NCBI GenBank assembly: GCA_964016885.1
Contig: OZ024743.1
Span: 220,100,001-220,164,000 of the forward strand
Origin: Eledone cirrhosa
Taxonomy: Eukaryota
Length of the DNA stretch: 64,000 nucleotides
Reading direction: 5' to 3'
Shown: positions 54,103-64,000 of the stretch, piece by piece
Layout: every line of letters begins with the position of its first letter
Position numbering within the stretch: the stretch's first letter is position 1
Program-made: the position numbers and the translations under genes
The notes under the pieces: generated by a model
Told to the model about the DNA's origin: nothing
Seen by the model: only the letters and a program-made list of their open reading frames with translations
Database searches by the model: none

Positions 54103-54669
54103 AATACACACACACATACACACACACACACACACACATAGTGTCTGTGTGAGTGTGTGCATGTGATAATAAGCTATTTTTTATGGGACACATGGAGTTG
54201 CCACCAGCAGATAGTATAAGTAACGGAAAGACCCATGGAAACATTATTCCCTTGACATTAGTCGGACAACTTGAAGGCGCTTGACTGTGTGGTTAAGGTA
54301 TTCGGCTCATGATCGTAAGGTCGGCAGTTCAATTCCCGGTGGCGTAGTTTCTGATACCTTTACAGTAATATCGTCCACAGTTTAAACGGGGTACCCCTGA
54401 ACACACTCAGTTTCTGCAGTTATGGCTTGAGAGTAAGTACATACAGAAGCGTTGAATGGGGATATATTTGGTGAATAAAAACATGTTATACGTTTCAGGT
54501 GAAAATTTAACATAACAAGCGAGCTGATACAATTATGCATGGAAGCGATTCACTCTCTGAAAAAACCAGACCCAAACAAGTTTCTTTAAGGACAGATACT
54601 AAGTAGCCACGATGAACATTATCGAACGCTTTTAGTTAATCGAAATTAATCAGAGCTCCACTAAAGTCG

Positions 54670-55160
54670 TGTTTGTATATCATCCTCTCTACGATGTATC
54701 GCATGAGCTTGAAGTTCTTCTGATTAGATCTGTCAGGCGGGATCACGCAGGTCTGAGCTCTGGAACAATACTGTCGATGACAAACGCTAAACTTTTTGCA
54801 AGCATCTTGGCCAAAATATTAATCAGGTTTATGTCTATACTCAGCAGTATTACCGCTCTCCACTTTACAGAACTAGGAATTTTCCTTTGCTTCTATTAGT
54901 TTCAGTAGACATCTGCTAAGACTTTGGTAAACGAGTCCGCTACGTATACCATGTGTACGAAAAGCTCATAGAGCAGGCCATAGTAACGAAACCAATTCTC
55001 CAACAATTGCATCGCAGCTGCTGTTATCGGTTTTTCACAACACTCAACGTTCTTCAGCAAGTGGTCGAGGTAGGCTCTGTTTACCACCTCCAGGGGCACT
55101 ACTCCTTCCCAACAGTTAAGCAAAATACTGCTGAAAAACTGCACGTATCTGTCTGGAAAA
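54670..55160 (-). mobile_element. Degraded Tx1/L1 RT fragment
   Basis: VECCEKPITAA; ITAE/ILAKMLAK-like RT domain-1 region; same family as the 7790 and 51870 copies. Confidence 0.55.
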
Positions 55161-55161
<1 letters not shown>

Positions 55162-55201
<40 letters not shown>

Positions 55202-56718
55202 AGAGTAGTAGTAGTAGTACTGGTGGTGGTGGTGGTAGTGGTGGTGGTGGTGGTAGTGGTGGTGGTGGTGGTAGTGGTGGTGGTGGTGGTGATGGTGGTG
55301 GTGGTGGTGGTAGTAGTAGTAGTAGTAGCAACAGCAGTAGTAGTAATACTCGTGGTGGTGGTGGTGGTAGTGGTGGTGGTGGTGGTAGTATAGTAGTAGT
55401 AGTAGTTGTAGTAGTAGTAGTAGCAGTAGTAGTAGTAGCAGTAGCAGCAGGAGTAGTAGTACTGGTGGTGGTAGTGGTGGTGGTGGTGGTAGTGGTGGTG
55501 GTGGTGGTAGTAGTAGTAGTTGTAGTAGTAGTAGTAGTAGTAGTAGCAGCAGTGGCGTTAGAAGAAGAAGAAGAAGAAGAAGAAGAAGAAGAAGAAGAAG
55601 AAGAAGAAGAAGAAGAAGAAGAAGAAGAAGAAGAAGAAGAAGAAGAAGAAAAAGAAGAATAAGAAACAGAAGAAGACAAAAATCTAAGATGGCCGTCCAA
55701 ACACCATATGCCTCTATGACTGACGACTGATATCCGGTAGTTTATGGCTAGCTATTGCGGTTCCCTTTCTTCTCACTGTTCACATAGAAATAGCAATTTA
55801 TTAAAAAAATATCAGTTTGTAATAGTTCGGGTTGTTTATATGGATGTTGTTGATGTTATTGTCCTCGTCGTCGAAGTCATCGTTGTTGTTGTTGCTGCTG
55901 CTGTTGCTGTTATTGCTGTTGCCATAAGCGTTATTGTTTCTGTTGCTGTCGTTGTTGTTTTTTGCCGTTATTGTTGATGTTGTTGGTCTTGTTGTTGTTG
56001 TTGTTGTAGTCGCTGCTACTGCTGTTGTTGTTGTTGTTGTTCTTGTTTCTATTGTTTTTGCTATTGCCGTTGCTATTCTTAATGTTATTGTTGCTGTCAT
56101 GGCTGTCGTTGTAATTGTCGTTGTTGATTTTGCTGTTGTTAGTGTGGGTTGTTGTTTTGTAGTTGCTGTGCAGTTTTGTTTCATCGCCAACCAACCAACT
56201 TTTGATGCAATCCATTATTTGTTCAACTAACTGCCCAAGACAATCTTTTGAAAAATTGATATTTTTGGTTTTTGTTTTGTTTTCTGATAAATGGAGGAAG
56301 TAAACGAAAGGAAGAGAAACTACAAATAAAAAAGATTTATTGCTGATTGAAGGAAGAGAAAGACATAGAGAGTGATAGAAAGAAAGAAAGAGAGAGAGAG
56401 AGTGAGAGAGAGAGAGAAAGAAAGAGAAAGAGAGAATGATAGAGAGGGAGAGAGAGGGAGAGAGAGAGGAAGAAAAGAGCGAGTGAAGGAGGTAAACAGA
56501 GGGAGAGAGAGAGAAAGCGAATGTATTATGTATTCAAAAGCATTATAATCACAGCTTAAAATCATTTAAAGTCATGGTGGTAATGATGGGAATGGAGATG
56601 ATGATGATGATTGTGAGGATGGTGATAATGATGATGATGGTGATGGTGATGATGATAGTGATGATGATGATAATGGTCATGATGGTGATGATGATGACAT
56701 TGATGATATTGATGCTGG

Positions 56719-56779
<61 letters not shown>

Positions 56780-56780
56780 A
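55162..56780. repeat. Trinucleotide microsatellite cluster (GTA/GTG, GAA, GTT/GCT, GA, GAT)
   Basis: Directly visible; source of the poly-V/E/T/H/M pseudo-ORFs. Confidence 0.95.
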
Positions 56781-57799
56781 TATCCTCCGTCGGTTAAGAC
56801 GATAAGTATTCAGTTGTTCGAGTTCGATCAAGTGTACGTTCAAATCGTGAATTAATGTGTATGTGGTTAAGTATTCCACTGACACGTGTAACCTTCTCTA
56901 GTTGAATCAACGTGACATATCGTGACAAGGCTGGATATTTGAATTACACGTACAGTCCATCTAACTAGTTTCCAAAGGGTTTCTACCAACCCAGTTTCAC
57001 TCACAAGGTATGGGTTGAACCGAAGCTATGGTAAATATACTTGACCCAAGTAGATTCAACCCTGGACTTTATGATTGCAAAATGAACTCCTTAACCACTC
57101 AACCAAGCTAGCATCCATCAAATGAACTTCTTGACCACTCAGCTGTGCTTGTATACGTAAAAAGAACCCCTTGACCACTCAACAATCCCTGTTTCCACAG
57201 TTCCTATTCATAACCTGAGTTAACCACGTACGCCATTATGTGGTCATGAGACCAAATAGAAATAGCAACCAGATCTTTTTCAAATCACATCCTGTTGTCT
57301 TAAAAAATGAAAGACATTGATAATGTAATAGAGAATAATATGACTGGAACGTTCTTTGATTGAAGATCTATTTTAGGACAACACTGGCTGTTCCATTGTG
57401 TATATGTATATATTTATTTACAACAAGTAAGTATGTAAGTTCAATTATTACGTTTTTTTTCTGTATCATGTTTCAAGGCTAATATAGTTAAAATGTTAAA
57501 ATGTTAAATGTACGAAGAAGCAGTGGTTGTTCTACTTGCCTTCTCCATACATATATTTATTCAAAGTAACGTAAGACATTTTGTGAAAGTCATTTATATT
57601 TCTACACCATCTATAACAATGGCAAAATATTTACAGATAGGTGAAGGCATGGTGGTATGGTGAATGAGTTCGTTTTGCAACGACATATTTTTGGTTTCCG
57701 TCTCGTACCATGACAGCTTGAGCAAGCGTCAGCTATAGGCACTGGTTGATCAATGTATTGATAGATACATTTAATAGACAGAAACTGCATACACAAGTG

Positions 57800-57997
57800 T
57801 AGGCTGAAAGGTTCATAGGCTGACTTTCAAGGAGTGATGTTAGGGTTGTGAAATCTTGTACATTGATTTCAATTCTTCTTATTAATAGTTGCATTGTTTC
57901 TTTCCAGGAACTATGTTGAAAAATATATCTCATTTGGTCATTCCATGAGAGTATCTTGGTCAGCCTATGAACCTTTCAGCCTATGAACTTTTCGTAT
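57800..57997. mobile_element. Mariner-type MITE
   Basis: GGCTGAAAGGTTCATAGGCTGAC ... GTCAGCCTATGAACTTTCAGCC; interior matches 11924-12239. Confidence 0.75.
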
Positions 57998-58344
57998 ACG
58001 ATGATTTTCTGCAGTTTCCTTCTACGAAATTTCATGCACAAGGCATTGGGGGAAGCTGAGGCTATAGTTGTAGACACTCTCCCTAGGTGACACGCAGTGG
58101 GACTGAACCATGAACCACGTGGTTGTGAAGCTAAATCTTTAATCATACAACCACGCCTGCGTCATGTACGTAAATTAATAGGATTTCTAAGAGTAAGTAA
58201 CTATGTAAAGCGATTCAGTGTATTTCGTACGTATGTATGTATGTATGTATGTATGTATGTATGTATGTATGTATGTATGTATGTATGTATGTATGTATGT
58301 ATGTATGTATGTATGTATGTATGTATGTATGTATGTATCTTGTC

Positions 58345-58670
58345 GGGTCACTCTTGAGTGCTACTGGTAACATGTAATCCAGTACAACCTATCGCATGGT
58401 CGGGTCGTCGGCGACTAAACCGGCAACCCCATCAAGTTTACTTGGTGAGGAGGGTGATTTTGGACACCCTGCAGGACAAAAAATATCTTCACGCACAGGC
58501 ATTGCACGATAGAATTAATTAATAATTATTAATAATGGTATATCGTGCAATGGCCATACTCGATAACGAGGGGGCAGCCATCATGTATGTATGTATGTAT
58601 GTATGTATGTATGTATGTATGTATGTATGTATGTATGTATGTATGTATGTATGTATGTATGTATGTATGT
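58345..58670 (+). mobile_element. RTE-derived non-autonomous element (internally deleted) between (TATG)n arrays
   Basis: Same 5' block and 3' TGGCCATACTCGATAACGAG..GCAGCCATCATGTATG tail as the other copies. Confidence 0.75.
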
Positions 58671-59479
58671 ATGAGTGTATGTATTTATGTATGTGTGTGT
58701 GTATGTATAAGTGTGTGTATGAGTGTTGAGCTACACGCTGTTATATCGTCGGGATTTTTATGTATGCGTTAGGTTTTATTTGGGCTTTTTGGTGTACATA
58801 TTTCATTCCATTGTTTGGATAAGGAAACTACCCAGACACCCTGAAAAAACTTCTGTCACTGATGTAACGGGTAAAGTACCTTTTATCGATTTTGACTTTT
58901 TCAAACTGAATAATACTCTCATGTACTTTGTTTTAAATATGGTGAAAAGAAAGACGAGAAAGCATAAATTAACTCTACCTGAATATCTATAACATCTTTT
59001 CCCACAATTTTAAAAGGAAGAGGACACAAATCATTAGACTGACCCTGGTCAGAGCTTATGAACACCAACATCTATAACAACAACAGCAGCATCCAAACGA
59101 TAAAAAGTCAAACAACAACACTGACTGCCATAACCACCACTCAATCAAAACGATCAACGAACACCAACATCTACAACAACAACAACAACAGCATCAAAAT
59201 GAACAACAACACCATTTTCTACAACAACAACAGCACCAACAGCATCAAAACGAACAACACCAACATCTACAACACAACAGCAGCAACAAAACGATAAAAA
59301 GCCAAACAACAACATCAACTGCCTCCACCATCACCACCATTCAGTCAAAACGATCAAAGCTTATGAAAACAACAACAATGAAACGATAAATCTAAACAGC
59401 AACACACTAACAGCTTCAATTATATCCACGTTTTCAAAAGACAACAGTTGCCACATCTATAGAACTGCACTTGTGAACT

Positions 59480-61478
59480 GCACTTGTGACAAAAGAACAT
59501 AGACATAGCAGCTTTATCTGAAATACGTTTGGTGAGAGAAGATCAATTAACAGAAGTATCATCAGGCTTCTGTCTTTTGGGGGTAGGTAAACCTATAGCT
59601 GAACGGACAAAGGGCGGTGCTGGCTTCGCCATTAGAACAGCTCTGCTTGATCGTATGGAATGTCCCACTGGTGTAACCGATTGCATTATGAAGCTTCGTA
59701 TTCCTCTGAGACATGGCCATTATGTAACACTTTTATCTGTTTATGCACCAACCCTACAGGCCAGAGAGGTGGTCCTTGATTCTTTCTATGAGTTTCTTCG
59801 TGCTGTTATTGCATGCACACCTGCTGACGATAAATTATTACTTCTCAGTGATTTTAATGCTCGTGTGGGTAGTGATCATGAGGCGTGGGGCGCCCTCGGT
59901 CCATTTGGTATTGGTAAAATGAACACCAGCGGCCTGAGGTTGCTTGAACTCTGCTCAGAACTCAACTTAACCATCTGCAACACTCTTTTCCGTCAGAAGC
60001 TCAAATATAAAGCTACCCGGTATCATCCAAGATTCAAGCATGGACACATGATTGATTTCATCATCACTCGTAAACGAGATCTAAGTGATGTGTGTACAGT
60101 GCGTATGTTGCGTAGTGCAGAAAGTGGCACTGACCACAAATTAGTGCGAGGAAGGTTCAAGATGAGTATCCGCAAAAGAATTCATATGAGTTGAGTGAAA
60201 GCACTGAAACGCATTGATGTCACCAAACTGAGGCAAGCAGATGTGCGTGCAACCCTAACTGAAAGGTTTGATGATCTTGATTTTGATGGCACCTGGGAAA
60301 ACTTTAGAGATCAAGTTTACTCAGTGGGAGCTGAGGTACTTGGCTTCAGAACCAAAAAAACACCAAGACAGGTTTGATGACAACAATCCTAATATCAATC
60401 ATCTACTGAAAACCAAGCACACTCTCTATGAAAAGCTCCTGAATCAGAATCCCGTAGTACAGCCAGCTGCCAGGAAAGCCTACGAAGATCACAAGGCAGC
60501 ACTGCAACGCGAACTGTGCAGGATGTAAAATGAGTGGTGGAATAATATCTCATCGGAAATCCAACAGGCTTTTAACACCAAAGATTCGAAGTCATTTTAC
60601 TCATTAATAAGCTAAGTCTTCGGCCCGCCAACACCCTCAGTAACTTCTCTAAGATCTAAAGATGATGCCAATATCATCATCAAAGAGCCATAAAAAATCT
60701 TTCAGCGCTGAGAGGAACATTTTACTGACCTGTTTGACAATTTGGAGTCAATTTGGAGTGATAGACAGCCTTACTCAATGTGTAAAAGTCCACCGTATGG
60801 ATCGACTTCCCTCTTCTGATGAAATAAAGCTGGCAATCAAGCAAGTTAACTCTGGCAAGGCACCAGGTCCAGATGGTCTCCCAGTTGAACTGCTGAAAGT
60901 CGGTAGTGATAATGTAGCAGAAGCAATAAATAACTTCATCACTGATTGCTGGAGTGGGACACCGATTCCGCACGACTGGTTCAATTGTATTCGCTTATCA
61001 TTATGTAAAGGCAAAAGTGAAAAATCGATATGTTGAAACTACCGTGGCCTCACTTTGTTGGAAGCTGTTGGCAAGGTTCTCGCTAGACTTTTGCTCAACA
61101 GATTGCAGGAGGATATCTGTTCCATAGCTATCCCAGAGTAGTTTTAGAGGAGGAAGGAGAACAGATGACATGTTTTTCTCTGTAAAACAAATACAAGAGA
61201 AATGTATTGAGCAGTGCGTCCCTCTATATGGAATTTTTGTCGACCAAACGCAGCTGTACAGAAATATGAAAGCTCGGGTTAACTTCAATGGTCAACTATC
61301 AGGTGAAATCCCAATTGACAACGGGGTAAAGCAAGGTGATATCCCTGCTCTTACGCTTTTCCCCATCTTGCTGCCTTGCTCACACATGCTTTCCATGATT
61401 GTGTTAGAGGCATTCTTTTACGGTCAGAACGACTGGAAAGGTTTTCAACTTAAGAAAGTTTAATGCTAAGACAATCCT
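59480..61478 (+). mobile_element. Degraded RTE (BovB-like) LINE, APE + partial RT
   Basis: IDIAALSE, SVYAPTL, DFNARVG, HMIDFII, TDHKLV, KAPGPDGLP, NYRGLTLL, GVKQGD; multiple stops, frameshifts and a deletion. Confidence 0.9.
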
Positions 61479-61802
61479 CATGTATGTATGTATGTATGTA
61501 TGTATGTATGTATGTATGTATGTATGTATGTATGTATGTATGTGTATGAATGTATGTAAATGTAGGTTTGTATGTATGTATGTATGTATGTATGTATGTA
61601 TGTATGTATGTATGTATGTATGTATGTATCTATGTATGTATGTATGTATGTATGTATCTATGTGTAAGAATGTATGTAAATGTAGGTTTGTATGTATGTA
61701 TGTATGTATGTATGTATGTATGTATATATGTATGTATCTATGTGTATGAATGTATGTAAATGTAGGTTTGTATGTATGTATGTATGTATGTATGTATGTA
61801 TG

Positions 61803-61836
<34 letters not shown>

Positions 61837-61837
61837 T

Positions 61838-62440
61838 CAGGTCACCACTTGGTGCTACTGGTAACATGTATCCCAGTACAACCTGTCTCACGGTCGGGTC
61901 GTTGGCGACTAAACTGGCAACCCCACCAAGGTTTCTTGGTGAGGAGGGTGACTTTGGACATCCTGCAGGACTAAGAACAAAACCTGTCAAAGGGCAAAGG
62001 AACTCTTAAGAGTCAATGGCCATCCAAAATCACCGGGAGAGATGACCCCCTTAGCCTTTGTCAAGGCAGAATTCTAGGAGAAGGAAAACTCTGATATAAC
62101 ACCTGCAACCCTGATGGTATCCAATGATGTTGACTTGTTCTTTTTGGTAAATATCATCTTGGTTAAGAGAGTGGGACTGGCTTTGTGCAGTGCCTTTTCT
62201 CACTATAAAAGCTTCACGGCACAGGCATTGCTTTATATCTGGAGATCTCTCTGCACTTGTCGTCACATGGTACCATGGGCCCAGCACTATGTGTCAATAA
62301 TTGTCACAAGTGTAGTGTTTGTACCAGAGTTTTCAAGTCACTGGCTGGACTAAAAAGTCACACTCGTTCAGCGCATCGGTAGGGGTTCACCTACAGTGGC
62401 CGTACTCGAAAACGAGTTGGCAGCCACCATGTATGTATAT
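61838..62440 (+). mobile_element. RTE-derived non-autonomous element, longest copy
   Basis: GGTCACC...CTAGGAGAAGGAAAACTCTGATATAA...GCACAGGCATTG...TGGCCGTACTCGAAAACGAG..GCAGCCACCATGTATG. Confidence 0.75.
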
Positions 62441-62464
62441 ATATGTAGGTTTGTATGCATGTAT

Positions 62465-64000
62465 GTTCTTCTGGTTTTATAATTTCACAAAATTTTCCCA
62501 ATAGAGAGAGAGTCGGTTTCTAACATAGACACAAGACTCTCTCATTGGAATTTACACAACATCAACTAGGTAGATTATGTACGTATGCATGTGTAGATAT
62601 GGATGTTATTGTATGTGTGGACGTGTATGTTTTGAGTTGTATGTGTGCATGTGTATATGATCTGCATCTGTACATGTGTATATGCAGTTTTAGATGCAAA
62701 ATCTTTGGAATGTTTTACATATTTTTACTGTTCCTTTAATGGATTGTACTTGTAATTTCCTAACTAGTTGTGTTCTTTCTGTTCCTGTGAAGCCTAGGTT
62801 CTCAAGATTTGTATTGAGGCAGTTACTAACATACCCCAGTGCCCCAATAATCACAGGCATAAATCTGAAGGTGTAATCAGGGTGAAGTATCTGCAGATTT
62901 CTCATCAGTTCTGCATAAATATTCTCCTTTTCACTAATCTTTGATATTATACTGGCATCCGCTGGGCAGCTAATTTCCACTACTGTGCATGCTTTCTTCT
63001 CCCTCTCCCATATCATATCTGGTCTGTTATGCCTGCATTTTATTGGGGGTTTTTACTGGAACATTGCACCAGTACTCTTTCATATTATGTACATGGATGC
63101 CTTCCACATTGCTGTAGCTTTTAATGTGTTTATTATCGGGGCTATATTTTTTACGAACTGCATTGTACAGGTGTTTTGGCCAGTACATCATGCCTCATAG
63201 GTAGATAGTACCGCGATGACATCTTTGGACAGCTGCTGATGACATGGGTGATACCCTCGATGTTAGTTCTGCAGAGTCTGCACTTGTTATCACATCTAGG
63301 TGTTTTGCCTGCATCCCTATCTCTTTTGTGAATCAGGTATTTCGTGTTAATCTCCTATTCTTGGATTGCAAAAGCGTATCCTTTAAAGTGGGAGCCAATA
63401 TAGCGGTTGTTGGTCCAAGATAGACTACCTTCCGTAATATATTACTCTCACTCTGGAGCTTCCTGCAACATATCCATGCATGATATTTTGCTGATAGGTA
63501 TGCAGTTTTTCATCCATGGATTCACTGCGATACTGCTGAGCGACATCCCTGGGTGTGAGTTTTTGATTATCACACAGGGAATATCTCTCGAGGAGTTCCT
63601 TCCCAACTCTCATGAACTTATCTGTTTCATGCAGATATACTTGCTCGAGAAACGGGCTCTTACGCTTCGAGGTTCGTAGATGTTGTCGGAGAGATATGAT
63701 GCGACATTCAAATGTTGTCTGGACTGATGTCAGGCCTCCCTGCTTACGTTTCAAGTAAAGGCGGTCTATGTCACTGTTGATGTGGAAGTTTCCGGTGTTG
63801 TTTAGTATTTTTCGAGTTCCAACATCAACTGTTCGGATTTCGTCTATCATCCAATTGAGTATTCCGAACGTTGGTGTTAGGACAGGCACAGCAAACACAT
63901 TGTGAGCCACTGTTTTGTTTTGCGCAGAGAGTTCCGATTACCAGATCTTTCTTAATCGGGTGTAGTATTCCCTGGTTTCGCGTTCTTTATTACAGATGCC
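62465..64000 (-). mobile_element. R4/Dong-type element, 3' part (runs off window end), 3' end in (CATA)n
   Basis: AHNVFAVPVLTPTFG...DIDRLY..RKQGG; CRLC...HVISSC; VVEISCPAD..EKENIY..PVIIGALG; 3' AAACCAGAAGAACATAC. Confidence 0.9.

Noticed and set aside
54953-56885. Poly-V, poly-E, poly-T, poly-H and poly-M ORFs
   Set aside because: Pure trinucleotide microsatellites with no complex coding sequence.
61838-61960. Canonical HDV-like ribozyme in the RTE-derived non-autonomous element
   Set aside because: A P3-like ACC..GGT and a P1-like pairing exist, but not in the required order or adjacency.

Overview
Eukaryotic, AT-rich, microsatellite-saturated DNA. The repeat content (tRNA-derived SINEs, RTE/Tx1/R4 LINEs, Penelope-like elements, long TA/CA/TATG arrays) looks like an octopus (coleoid cephalopod) genome; this is an inference. 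The only host gene I can support is absent from the ORF track because it runs off the window: a minus-strand reading frame from ATG 884 to <1. It encodes an N-terminal TN/eh1 motif (SSFTVKDILDLP) typical of NK2.2/vnd homeobox proteins, followed by poly-P/G/T/Q/H/A tracts. The other ~63 kb is its upstream region, filled with retroelements: a near-complete GC-rich RTE with a 5' HDV-like ribozyme fold, a near-complete R4/Dong-type RLE element plus two relatives all ending in (ACAT)n, Naiad and other Penelope-like elements, Tx1 fragments sitting in (TAA)n, RTE-derived non-autonomous elements, SINEs and MITEs. The most striking unannotated signal is a dense set of sequence-diverse type-I hammerhead ribozyme motifs (nine with intact cores, plus decayed ones), often in short foldback units beside (TA)n. 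Almost all other ORFs in the track are microsatellite artefacts. All motif and fold calls were made by eye, and repeat boundaries are approximate.
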